A stretch of 64,000 nt of DNA from a virus (taxonomy: Duplodnaviria > Caudoviricetes), in IMG/VR virus record IMGVR_UViG_3300014205_000177, positions 113,805 to 177,804 of that record. The stretch is one strand, 5' to 3'. Made by a program: the position numbers and the translations under genes. A model generated the notes under the pieces. The model did not search any database. It was not told the DNA's origin and saw nothing but the letters and a program-made list of their open reading frames with translations. Shown piece by piece: positions 31,353-40,123 of the stretch (the first letter of the stretch is position 1; the number at the start of each line of letters is the position of its first letter).

Positions 31353-34300
31353 TTAATTTACATATAGTTTATTAGGAATAGTAGGGGGAGTATTTACTTT
31401 AAACATACCAACACTACTCCAATTTGAATATTCATGTCCATCAAAGGACCTAACTCTCCAATAATAATCTTTGCTTAAATAACTTATACTTATAATATAA
31501 TAATTTTGTAAAATATTCACAGAATTTAATATTATAGACTCATTTCCATTTAAATCTTTACCAAAATCAGACCTAGTTGCAATTTGTAAGTCATATAGCA
31601 ATGAATCTAATTGGTCAATATCAATACTTTGTTCCCACTCAAAAGTATTATTACCGTACCTAGAAACTAATACTGGTAATCTTTCTGAGTAAGAATTATT
31701 AATATAAAGATTAATAGGTATAGATGGTTTATGATTATATTTTATTTCAAAATGATTAACAGGTCCATAATTACCATATATATTTTTTGCTACTGCATGA
31801 AAATAATAAATACCAGCACCAGATAATATTTCTAAATCAAAATTTCTAATAAAATCTACACTTCTTTGGAAATTTTCAGATGGTTGTGTGGTTGGATTTT
31901 TATCCAGTTGAGTAAAATAACCATCAATTTCTACTTCTTGATTTTCTAAAGAATTCCATGTAAAAGTTATTAGATTATTTTCCTGCCAAGTTTCTCCGTT
32001 AACATTACAAAATACTGATAACATATCTGGTCTTGATGCAATAGTACTAACTCTACCATATATATTTATACTTGATTTTTTTGATATTATAACTGATGCT
32101 CCGATATTATTAGAAAAATCGTCTATATAACCAAAATTAGTAATATCATAAACATTTAAAGAGCATCCTATGTTTGAATAAGGTATAATATATAATCCAG
32201 CACCAATTGATGATATTTCTTTGTATTTTACAGTTACAGAACAATTTAATTCTGAATCGTATTTGTGACACACTCTTACTACTGAAGATATGTTATTATT
32301 TCCTTCAACATTTATTATGGTTACTCTACATTTTAATTCTATACCATAATTTATATTTACTTTAGCTTTTAATTCTAAATAAGACCTAATATTAATGACT
32401 GCTCCTATTTCAAAATCTCCTTTTTTACAAACTCTTAATTGGCAATTAATATCAGAATAATCACGTTTCCTTACATATACAGAAGCGTTTAAATTAGAAT
32501 AATTTATTATATATATTTTAGCACCAATATTTTTATTTGAATATATTGGTATTAATACTTTAGCTCCAACATCTATCTTTTCAGATACAATATCAAATGG
32601 ATATTGACTTTCAGTCCAGTCTCCATATTGTTTACCATCATAAGGTCTAACTCTCCATTTATAATGCCCTACGCTTATTGTATTTTGTATGTTATAAATA
32701 ACTTCATTACCAAGTGGAATATCAACTATATCATCAATAAAATTAGTTATAAATTCATCTTCAGAAATTTGTAATTCATAATTAACATAATCAAGTTGGT
32801 CAATATCCAAAGAACGATTCCATTGAAATTCTGGGAATGCTATTGGCCCATTATAAGAATATTCTCCATTTATTAACATTCCAGAAGGTGTAATATTTGA
32901 AGGGAGATTGTTAAAGGCTATGCAATAATGAGATGTTTCTTTACTATAATTTCCTATTCTATTTACTGCTCTTACATGTAAATACCATCTTCCACTATAG
33001 TCAGCAGTTTTTGTTACATAATTATCGTTTAATCTTTGGTCTAATTCTGTAACATTATAATATGGATTTGTATTAAAAGCTATATGATATTCGTCAACAA
33101 TAGACATATTATCATGTGGAACCTGCCATTCAAAATTTGCGCTATCATTGTTTTGCCATACATTTTCTTCAATATTTGATGTAATAATAACACTATCTGG
33201 TCTGTCTGCAATAGTATTGACAATAGCAGATATGTTTTTATAATTATATCTTGAAACTTTTATTATTGCATTTATATCAACATCTTTTGCTATAAATATA
33301 CATGCATTTATTAATTCTAAACCTTTTTGACAAACAAATAATGAAGCACCAATATCTTGAGAAGATTTTTTAATAACATTAACGCTTGCTGACAATCCAC
33401 CTACAAGAAAAACAGATGCAGATATAGAAGATACTCTAAATTTTGATACAACAACAGCAGCACCAAGTTTTTGTTGTGTTATTGCTACTATTACTTTAGA
33501 TTGTATATTAGATAATAGTTTACCACCAATCATTACTGAAGCATAAATATTTTGATTTTCTGATGTCACATTTACAGAACATCCTATTTCAGACCTAGGT
33601 ATAATATAAACAGAACCGTGAATCATCCTAATTATATTAACAGTTGAATTTATATCAGACTTTGGATTTATATATATTGAAGAACCTATACTTGAATATC
33701 CGTGTTGAGTAACATATAGTGAAGCTCCAACAACAGAACTGTTTTTACTTACAATATTTACCACTCCACCTATTGGTGAATATTCAATTCCATAATCTGA
33801 ATCCCATAGTGCTTCATAATCAATTCTAAAATTATCTATATATCCATCAAATGTACTAGAACCATCAGTGTCGTCAACATCACATTCTGGATGACTTCCA
33901 ATATAAAACGGTGCTGATGTAATATCATACAAACCATTAAAATTGTTTACAGGAATTCCATCTCCATAGTCCCTGATTCCACAAGATTGTAAAACACATA
34001 TTCCATTAATAAAAAATTTTAAAGATTGACCGTTTCTTACTAATGCAATCTTATATATTTTATTTAACTCTAATGCTCCTATGTCTAATGTATCAAAACT
34101 ATTATAGTTTGCATATGAATAATAAAAAACACCCCTACCATCTGGTAATAAATCGAATTGTATAGAGCTATCATAACCACCCTCTTCCATCTCATATACT
34201 TTAGCAAAGACTGTTTGTCTTTTATGTGATGTTATTAAAAAAGATAGTTGAATTGTCCAATATTCTTGAGTTTCAAGATTTATATTATGATTTTCTATTT

Positions 34301-34508
34301 TTACCCATCCGTTATTTTGGATAGATAATGAACCTTCTCCAATATCATAATATTCTGAACTTATAGATGTTAAATTATCGGTTATTTGCAGGTTTAATTC
34401 TGTACCATAATTTGTAAATTTAGATTCTGTAGAATCAAAAGGAAGGAAAATTTTTGTATTTCCTGTTATAGGTCTATTTAATAAGTTATCATATATATAG
34501 TCGCTCAT
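31353..34508 (-). CDS. Large virion/adhesin-like protein (LamG-like, repeats, FN3-like)
   Basis: N-terminal WTIQ...FDGYIDNFRI (LamG-like); IGASV-type repeats; YKWRVRPYDG and YYWRVRSFDG (FN3-like). Confidence 0.65.
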   Translation of the reverse strand: MSDYIYDNLLNRPITGNTKIFLPFDSTESKFTNYGTELNLQITDNLTSISSEYYDIGEGSLSIQNNGWVKIENHNINLETQEYWTIQLSFLITSHKRQTVFAKVYEMEEGGYDSSIQFDLLPDGRGVFYYSYANYNSFDTLDIGALELNKIYKIALVRNGQSLKFFINGICVLQSCGIRDYGDGIPVNNFNGLYDITSAPFYIGSHPECDVDDTDGSSTFDGYIDNFRIDYEALWDSDYGIEYSPIGGVVNIVSKNSSVVGASLYVTQHGYSSIGSSIYINPKSDINSTVNIIRMIHGSVYIIPRSEIGCSVNVTSENQNIYASVMIGGKLLSNIQSKVIVAITQQKLGAAVVVSKFRVSSISASVFLVGGLSASVNVIKKSSQDIGASLFVCQKGLELINACIFIAKDVDINAIIKVSRYNYKNISAIVNTIADRPDSVIITSNIEENVWQNNDSANFEWQVPHDNMSIVDEYHIAFNTNPYYNVTELDQRLNDNYVTKTADYSGRWYLHVRAVNRIGNYSKETSHYCIAFNNLPSNITPSGMLINGEYSYNGPIAFPEFQWNRSLDIDQLDYVNYELQISEDEFITNFIDDIVDIPLGNEVIYNIQNTISVGHYKWRVRPYDGKQYGDWTESQYPFDIVSEKIDVGAKVLIPIYSNKNIGAKIYIINYSNLNASVYVRKRDYSDINCQLRVCKKGDFEIGAVINIRSYLELKAKVNINYGIELKCRVTIINVEGNNNISSVVRVCHKYDSELNCSVTVKYKEISSIGAGLYIIPYSNIGCSLNVYDITNFGYIDDFSNNIGASVIISKKSSINIYGRVSTIASRPDMLSVFCNVNGETWQENNLITFTWNSLENQEVEIDGYFTQLDKNPTTQPSENFQRSVDFIRNFDLEILSGAGIYYFHAVAKNIYGNYGPVNHFEIKYNHKPSIPINLYINNSYSERLPVLVSRYGNNTFEWEQSIDIDQLDSLLYDLQIATRSDFGKDLNGNESIILNSVNILQNYYIISISYLSKDYYWRVRSFDGHEYSNWSSVGMFKVNTPPTIPNKLYVN

Positions 34509-34549
34509 TTTTCACCATTATATTGGTTGAATGAGCATTGCATTGCTCA

Positions 34550-35092
34550 TTAGAATCTAACTGTAGTTTCACTTCCATCATTATTTTTTATATTGGCAGT
34601 AAATGTAGTAGAAATACATGCCCTTAAAGAAATAGAATCAACAGAAATTAAAACCATTATTTTCTTTATAGTAACAAATTTATCGTTTTTCCAAAAATTA
34701 CATATATGGTCTGGAATATCAACTTTATAACCTATATTAAAACTTTTTGGAATAGCAACAACAGGAGGACCATATGGTACTGGAAAACTCTCTTTATATT
34801 GAATTAATCCTTCAAAATAATTTGTATCTGGAAGTCCACATAAATTGATAACTCTTCCTTCAACTTCTTTACCTACATTTATAGGAAATCCATTAAGTAT
34901 CAATTCCCCCGTAATTAAATTTATTGTATATAATATATTATTTTGCAAATCTTTTAAACATGCAAATTTTATATTTCCTTTTTCTTTTAATAATAGTTCT
35001 TTGCTAAAAATGGTTTCTTTACCATTATTATCAATTTCCATTATTTGAGAACCATCATGTTTTTCAAGAATCCAAATTACATGTTGTTTCAC
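34550..35092 (-). CDS. Hypothetical protein
   Basis: 180 aa ORF, GTG start. Confidence 0.65.
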   Translation of the reverse strand: MKQHVIWILEKHDGSQIMEIDNNGKETIFSKELLLKEKGNIKFACLKDLQNNILYTINLITGELILNGFPINVGKEVEGRVINLCGLPDTNYFEGLIQYKESFPVPYGPPVVAIPKSFNIGYKVDIPDHICNFWKNDKFVTIKKIMVLISVDSISLRACISTTFTANIKNNDGSETTVRF

Positions 35093-35154
35093 TTTTTTTT
35101 ATTCCCACCTTTTTTGCATTTTCCCATTTTTCTTTTCCCTTTTAAAATTATAAA

Positions 35155-35658
35155 TTAAGGATAAAGGAAGGAGAGCCTAAAACCCCAATCCTGAGTAAGT
35201 CCATCTGCTGCATTACTTGGTGGTTGTAAACATAAATAAATATATTTTGTATATTCTCCAGCTGCAATTGTATAATCAACACCAAAATTACTTACAGAGG
35301 GTTCTGTTTCTGGAGTTGTTGTAAAATCAACACCAACTGGGTTTGATGCTGTTCCGTTTTTTACATCAGCTGTTATTCCTGCATCATCAGGATTAAAAAA
35401 ACTTGTATTTATAGAAAGCTTATGTTTCCACGAAGCAGAAGCTGAAACATTTTGATTTCCACCAGATGAAGCTGTATCGTTTAACCAAAATTTAAGAGTT
35501 CTAACTGAATTTCCAGTAAAACCTGCTTGTACACATTTTGCATCAGACCAATATCCTGCTTCTACGTTACCAAAATCAATGATTGTTATAGCATTTCCTC
35601 TTTGAGGACTTCCACTATTATTCGTTACTGGATACCAAGTTACTGTAGGTGCTGCCAT
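35155..35658 (-). CDS. Putative virion structural protein
   Basis: 167 aa beta-rich, MAAPTVTWY N-terminus, AGGAG RBS. Confidence 0.55.
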   Translation of the reverse strand: MAAPTVTWYPVTNNSGSPQRGNAITIIDFGNVEAGYWSDAKCVQAGFTGNSVRTLKFWLNDTASSGGNQNVSASASWKHKLSINTSFFNPDDAGITADVKNGTASNPVGVDFTTTPETEPSVSNFGVDYTIAAGEYTKYIYLCLQPPSNAADGLTQDWGFRLSFLYP

Positions 35659-35661
35659 TTT

Positions 35662-36243
35662 TTATACTCCTATTGCTCTTACCGGAAAGAGGTCATCTTC
35701 CTCAGTTTTATTTTTTATACTTATATTTTTTATATTTAATATTTTTTCTTCATCAACTTTTCCACATAATATAGCAATATTTATTCCACCATTTTTATTG
35801 TAATTATCATTTTTAGCAGAACGTTTTGCTCCTAAATTATTTCTATATTGACTTTCCCTCCTTTTGCTATTAGATAGCTCTGCATCAGAATCTCCGCTTG
35901 GTTTTTTCTTTAATGCTCTATATTGCATAATCTTTTCTAATGCTAAGTTATTAATATCTTCAATATCTTCTACATTATTCCAATCAGGATGGGCTTCCAC
36001 CCACTTCTTAACTTCATCAATATATATTTTAAATTCTATAGGATTTAATGTCATAGCCGCTATTACAGAAACTTTACCATCTAGACATTCTGGAATTTTA
36101 TTTTTACCATGAATTATGTCTGATGTTTTATTTGATATCTGTATTTCTTTTTTATTACAAATACTTACATCTTCAAAAAATTTTTTAGACATTTCTTCTG
36201 GGTTTTTAATCCCTATACTATTTATATTGTCATTTTTATCCAT
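35662..36243 (-). CDS. Hypothetical protein, possible terminase small subunit
   Basis: 193 aa helical ORF upstream of the packaging genes; position only. Confidence 0.4.
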   Translation of the reverse strand: MDKNDNINSIGIKNPEEMSKKFFEDVSICNKKEIQISNKTSDIIHGKNKIPECLDGKVSVIAAMTLNPIEFKIYIDEVKKWVEAHPDWNNVEDIEDINNLALEKIMQYRALKKKPSGDSDAELSNSKRRESQYRNNLGAKRSAKNDNYNKNGGINIAILCGKVDEEKILNIKNISIKNKTEEDDLFPVRAIGV

Positions 36244-36297
36244 TTAAAAACCTTTTTCTTAATTATTCTATATTAAAAAAAAATAAAAAACACCAAT

Positions 36298-36894
36298 TTA
36301 GAATTTTTTATCAGTCTTAATTCTTTTCCTCATTCTATTAAGTATCGCACTTACAGCTGACGGGTAACTATAGTTTAATTTTTCTGATATTTCTCTTTGG
36401 GTTATTTTGGGATTTTCGAATATCAATTTTAATACATTTTTTTCGTTTTCTTTTAAATAACATTCTGGTGAATTATCATCAATCATTAGTCTTAAATTTT
36501 TTATTCTTTCTTCATCAAAACTCTTTTTTTCTGATTCTTCACAATTAGAATCTATAAAAGGGAAATCTTTCATGAATAAATCTTCTCCAGAAAAAACATA
36601 TGATTTATATTTTTGATATTTTATGCAGTTATGTTGTACAAGATTTGATATACAACGGAAGGCAAATACTGAAAATTTAACACCTTTTGATGGGTCATAT
36701 TTTGGAATTATTTTTTCTATAACGAAAAGACACGAATTTTGAAATATATCTTCTTTTTCTTCTTTTGGGATATTGTTATATCTGTGAATTATTGACCAAA
36801 TCATTGGTTCAATACTTTTTAACATCAATTCATTTTTTTTATCAACTACCTTCTCTTTCTCCATTTTCAACTCCACTTCCTGTCGTAAAGACAA
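36298..36894 (-). CDS. Sigma70-family RNA polymerase sigma factor
   Basis: EDIFQ...KYDPSKGVKFSVFAFRCI (region 2); ITQREISEKL HTH. Confidence 0.8.
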   Translation of the reverse strand: MSLRQEVELKMEKEKVVDKKNELMLKSIEPMIWSIIHRYNNIPKEEKEDIFQNSCLFVIEKIIPKYDPSKGVKFSVFAFRCISNLVQHNCIKYQKYKSYVFSGEDLFMKDFPFIDSNCEESEKKSFDEERIKNLRLMIDDNSPECYLKENEKNVLKLIFENPKITQREISEKLNYSYPSAVSAILNRMRKRIKTDKKF

Positions 36895-37048
36895 TTTTTA
36901 ATTCTATTGTTTGAAAGGAAGTAGAATCTTGATTAGATTGTGTTCCAACACATCCCATATATTGAATTAAGCTTTCTTTGTTTATACTGTTAAGTATTTC
37001 TAAAATAGAGCTAAATGGTACTATATTACCATCAACTATGTTTACCAT
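36842..37048 (-). CDS. Hypothetical protein
   Basis: ATG 37048 with GGAGG RBS. Confidence 0.5.
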   Translation of the reverse strand: MVNIVDGNIVPFSSILEILNSINKESLIQYMGCVGTQSNQDSTSFQTIELKIVFTTGSGVENGEREGS

Positions 37049-37208
37049 TCTCAACCTCCTCTTTAATGCTTGCAAGGGTTCTTTGAAATTCTTTCTTCTC
37101 CTTGCTTCCGCATTTTGGACAAATGTTGGAGTCTGTATAAATATTTTTACATTTTATACATGTGAATGTTTTTTTATAAATTTTACCAGTAGTCTTTTGA
37201 TATTCCAT
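37032..37208 (-). CDS. Small Zn-ribbon protein, 58 aa
   Basis: Translated by hand: MEYQKTTG...CIKC...CPKCGS; GAGGT RBS. Confidence 0.6.
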   Translation of the reverse strand: MEYQKTTGKIYKKTFTCIKCKNIYTDSNICPKCGSKEKKEFQRTLASIKEEVENGKHS

Positions 37209-37209
37209 T

Positions 37210-37431
37210 TTAACCTCTTGTTGACCTTAAAATTAGGTCTAAATCTTTTATCCCTATTACAAATCTAACATCAATTCCAGGGATTGTTAACAATAATGAA
37301 TCTGTAGAAATTTCGGTAGGATATGTACCATCTGCAAAAATATTATTGTCTTCTGCTTTTGATAATTCTAGTTCAGTATTTTGACAATTTCCATTCTCTA
37401 TTGCAACACACTTAATATTAAATCTTACCAT
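37210..37431 (-). CDS. Hypothetical protein
   Basis: 73 aa; AAGGAG RBS; TGcTATAAT promoter just upstream on the minus strand. Confidence 0.65.
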   Translation of the reverse strand: MVRFNIKCVAIENGNCQNTELELSKAEDNNIFADGTYPTEISTDSLLLTIPGIDVRFVIGIKDLDLILRSTRG

Positions 37432-37689
37432 AAAATCTCCTTGTTATAAAACATATTATAGCATAAATAAATAATATTTCAATTTTTTTAAATAAAATAC
37501 TTGACATTTTTATTGAACATGCTTCACTTTTATTTTTAAGGATAAACTTTAAACATTTTGTTTTATAAATCTATACAACAATGTTATAATCAAATTTTAA
37601 CTACATAGAACGAACGCTATTTAATTTTTTGTTAAGATATGACTCTTTGCCCATTATTGTTGTTTTGGTGGTCTTATTTTTCTTTTATT

Positions 37690-38025
37690 TGATTCTAGTT
37701 AATACTTTACTAGTTTATTTATCTAGTAATTATATTTACCAGTATAAATTACTTACTAGTATAATCTTCTAGTATACTTTCTTTATTGGACTATGCTATT
37801 TAGTGCGTGTATGTGATTATACTAGATAAGTATACCGCACATTACACGTTATTACTAACTAGTTAATTAATTATACTAGTTAATACACAAACTAATATAG
37901 TATTCACGTTAATACGTTACTAGTAATTCTCTGATGTATTAAACTAGTAAAGTATTCACGCACACACGCACGATTATAATAATATATTAATTAATTACTA
38001 GTATTCACGTATGTGCGCACGTAAG
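37690..38025. repeat. AT-rich non-coding region with clustered ACTAGT palindromes
   Basis: ACTAGT at 37709, 37755, 37858, 37875, 37919, 37943, 37997; AGTATTCACG three times. Confidence 0.75.
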
Positions 38026-38088
38026 GATAATTAATAAAAAAACTAAAACATTAATTTTAAAAAAAATTGAAAAAAAATAAAACTTTGT

Positions 38089-38116
38089 TTGTTTTTATTT
38101 GGTTTTATGCTATAAT
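38089..38116 (+). promoter_or_regulatory. Extended -10 promoter of tRNA array 1
   Basis: TTGTTT-N16-TATAAT with TGC; same motif at 39313, 43185, 44551, 46866, 50144. Confidence 0.75.
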
Positions 38117-38159
38117 ATAAAACAGAAACAAAAATAATTTAAAAATGGTGATATTAAAA

Positions 38160-38237
38160 ATGAGAACAATGCAAGATATGACAGTGGCGACAGCCAATAC
38201 CAATCCGGAGAATTCTCCAGTGTGGTACGTCTCTTAG
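38160..38237 (+). CDS. Attenuator leader peptide 1 (MRTMQDMTVATANTNPENSPVWYVS)
   Basis: GGTGA RBS; codons match array 1 tRNAs; 3' end overlaps the antiterminator strand. Confidence 0.8.
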   Translation: MRTMQDMTVATANTNPENSPVWYVS

Positions 38238-38266
38238 TCTTTGTTTTTATTTGTAAATAATGATTT

Positions 38267-38297
38267 AAGAGCGAACCCTAAAAAGTTCGCTTTTTTG
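38267..38297 (+). terminator. Attenuator terminator 1
   Basis: AGCGAAC/GTTCGCT stem plus T-run; alternative pairing with 38224-38237. Confidence 0.8.
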
Positions 38298-38324
38298 TTG
38301 ATTGAAAACTTAATATAATAAAAT

Positions 38325-38417
38325 GCTAGTGTGGCTGAGTGGTCTAAAGCAGCGCACCTGTAATGCGCCGAGTTCATATCAATGGCTCCGTGGGTTCAAA
38401 TCCTACCACTAGCTCCA
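38325..38417 (+). tRNA. tRNA-Thr(UGU), atypical (C33, long variable arm)
   Basis: Acceptor GCTAGTG/CACTAGC, stem GCGCA/TGCGC, loop CCTGTAA, CCA; a Tyr reading needs a broken stem. Confidence 0.7.
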
Positions 38418-38497
38418 GTCTTCCGGCTTCGTAAAAACGAATATAATAACATAGCAATATGTGAAGCGGATATTCCCAGCCGGTTTTATTTTAGAAT

Positions 38498-38575
38498 GGG
38501 GCAATAGCTCAGTTGGCTTAGAGCATCTCGCTTGCACCGAGAAGGTCCAGGGTTCAATTCCCTGTTGTTCCACCA
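38498..38575 (+). tRNA. tRNA-Ala(UGC)
   Basis: Cloverleaf, loop CTTGCAC, G3:U70, CCA. Confidence 0.93.
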
Positions 38576-38583
38576 TTTTACGT

Positions 38584-38661
38584 TGGCTAGTAGCTCAGTT
38601 GGTAGTAAGCGTTCGCCTGTTAAGCGAAAGGTCGCACGTTCGAACCGTGCCTAGCCAGCCA
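38584..38661 (+). tRNA. tRNA-Asn(GUU)
   Basis: Loop CTGTTAA, CCA. Confidence 0.92.
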
Positions 38662-38709
38662 ATTTTATTAACAATGTGTGTTAATATTATTCTAGTTTAA
38701 AATAATTTT

Positions 38710-38795
38710 TGCAGGGATAAGTCTCGGAAGACTGGTAAGGCTCATAACCTTATGCGGAAACGCTGAGTGGGTTCGACTCTCCACCCCTGCTACCA
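38710..38795 (+). tRNA. tRNA-Met(CAU), initiator-like, extra variable hairpin
   Basis: Loop CTCATAA; 1:72 mismatch; GCGGAAACGC V-arm. Confidence 0.75.
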
Positions 38796-38863
38796 TTTCT
38801 CTACCAGAGGTAGGGATATTATAAAGGGTTATCGCTGTCCCCGTCTGACGAAACAGCGAACGT

Positions 38864-38939
38864 GGCTCGTATGGATAATGGCTATCCACAAGTATCATAA
38901 ACTTGTTTAAGGTGGGTTCGATTCCCCCACGAGCTACCA
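38864..38939 (+). tRNA. tRNA with CAU anticodon (Met or Ile2)
   Basis: Stem CAAGT/ACTTG, loop ATCATAA, CCA. Confidence 0.75.
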
Positions 38940-38948
38940 ATTTAAAAC

Positions 38949-39024
38949 GGGGATGTAGCTCAATTAGGAGAGCATCGGTCTGTCGAACCGAAGGTCGTGG
39001 GGGCAGAACCCATCATCCTCGCCA
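38949..39024 (+). tRNA. tRNA-Asp(GUC)
   Basis: Loop CTGTCGA, G73, CCA. Confidence 0.9.
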
Positions 39025-39032
39025 TTTTATAT

Positions 39033-39109
39033 GCTCGGTTAGCTCAATTGGCTAGAGCACTTGGTTTACACCCAAGTTGTTACAGATTCGAGTTCTGTAC
39101 CGAGTACCA
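39033..39109 (+). tRNA. tRNA-Val(UAC)
   Basis: Loop TTTACAC, CCA. Confidence 0.92.
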
Positions 39110-39118
39110 GTTTTATAT

Positions 39119-39208
39119 GGGGAGGTAGCTCAGAGGCAGAGCGTCGGGCTAGGTGGTGAAAACCACCGAATCTGAAGGTCGCTGGTTCGAATCCAGCCTT
39201 CCCCACCA
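39119..39208 (+). ncRNA. tRNA-like RNA with a hairpin inserted in the anticodon loop
   Basis: Intact acceptor, D and T arms and CCA; loop reads CTA-GGTGGT-GAAA-ACCACC-GAA. Confidence 0.8.
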
Positions 39209-39213
39209 GTTTC

Positions 39214-39287
39214 GTTGCGAGATAATATAATTTTTAGTACCCCATTGTGGATGGGAAATGTTGGTGAAAATCCAACTCTCGCAACCA
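39214..39287 (+). tRNA. tRNA-His(GUG), degenerate
   Basis: G-1, loop TTGTGGA; D-loop lacks GG; T-loop atypical. Confidence 0.55.
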
Positions 39288-39312
39288 TTTTTTAAAAAAA
39301 TAGAAAAGTAAT

Positions 39313-39340
39313 TTGTTTTTGAAGTAAATTATGCTATATT
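39313..39340 (+). promoter_or_regulatory. Internal promoter in tRNA array 1
   Basis: TTGTTT-N16-TATATT with TGC. Confidence 0.6.
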
Positions 39341-39431
39341 TTAAAGTATAAGAAAGTTGTTGGATAATTACCAACTGAACTCTGAGGTTATGGGAATATC
39401 AGAGAGAGATTAACAAATAACCCGTACATAT

Positions 39432-39505
39432 CAGAGCGTGAGATAATGGTAGTCGTCCTTCCTTGGAAGAAGGGGGTGGTCGTTCGAATCGACCCGCTCT
39501 GACCA
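39432..39505 (+). tRNA. tRNA-Pro(UGG)
   Basis: C1:G72, loop CTTGGAA, CCA. Confidence 0.9.
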
Positions 39506-39555
39506 TTTTAAATTTAACCATAGTGGTTTAAATAAAAAATAACATAGGAAAAGTT

Positions 39556-39762
39556 ATGGAAGAAGATTTAATTCCTGAAATTTGGGAAAACGGAAAGGGG
39601 AGAACAAAACCCTTTGTAAAAAGTAAGAAAAACAATTATGAAGAACCCAAAAAAAGATTTGGGATAATTGGTAAGAAAAAAGTAAAAGAAAATAGAGAAC
39701 TTCAAGATATAGATGAAGTAGAAGATAAAATAAGTTCTTCTATACTTAGTAAAATTAAATAA
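39556..39762 (+). CDS. Small Lys-rich hypothetical protein
   Basis: 68 aa; AGGA RBS. Confidence 0.6.
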   Translation: MEEDLIPEIWENGKGRTKPFVKSKKNNYEEPKKRFGIIGKKKVKENRELQDIDEVEDKISSSILSKIK

Positions 39763-39767
39763 TATGT

Positions 39768-39843
39768 GTCCGGTTCTTCTAGTTGGACAGGATAAGGGAC
39801 CTTCACTCCCTCGACACGGGTTCGAATCCCGTACCGGATACCA
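39768..39843 (+). tRNA. tRNA-Glu(UUC), C33
   Basis: Stem AGGGA/TCCCT, loop CCTTCAC, CCA. Confidence 0.85.
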
Positions 39844-39846
39844 TAA

Positions 39847-39922
39847 AGCCCTGAAGTGTAACGGCTGCACACTTGTCTTTGACACAAGTAGACTTATGGT
39901 TCAACTCCATGCAGGGCTGCCA
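39847..39922 (+). tRNA. tRNA-Gln(UUG)
   Basis: Loop CTTTGAC, G73, CCA. Confidence 0.88.
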
Positions 39923-39930
39923 GTTTTCGA

Positions 39931-40005
39931 GTTCCCTTAATTCAGAGGAAGAAATTATCGGTCCTAACGATAAAGTCGCTGGTTCAAGTCCAGCAGGGAA
40001 CGCCA
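39931..40005 (+). tRNA. tRNA-Arg(CCU)
   Basis: Stem TATCG/CGATA, loop GTCCTAA, CCA. Confidence 0.82.
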
Positions 40006-40019
40006 GTTTTGTTTTATGT

Positions 40020-40052
40020 GTGCCAGTAGCTGAGAGGATAGAGCAGTGGTTT
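40020..40052 (+). pseudogene. tRNA 5'-half remnant
   Basis: GTGCCAG-TAGCTGAGAGGATAGAGCA-GTGGTTT stops at the anticodon loop, just before the endonuclease gene. Confidence 0.6.
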
Positions 40053-40123
40053 AAATTAAATATTTAAGATTGACGTGTGTTCGATTCAATGTTTCGATGG
40101 TATTATATAAAAAGGAGTTTTAT

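Noticed and set aside
37690-38025. CRISPR array
   Set aside because: Repeats are 6-10 nt and irregularly spaced; no cas genes seen
39119-39208. Amber suppressor (CUA) reading and genome recoding
   Set aside because: CTA sits at positions 32-34, not 34-36, and long genes translate intact in the standard code
39768-39843. Opal suppressor (UCA) reading of the tRNA-Glu loop
   Set aside because: The perfect 5-bp stem centres the loop on TTC, and the body is Glu-like
38461-40067. ORFs overlapping tRNA arrays (also 45078-45403 and 47264-48763)
   Set aside because: They overlap clear tRNA or ncRNA genes; only 39556-39762 lies in a spacer with an RBS
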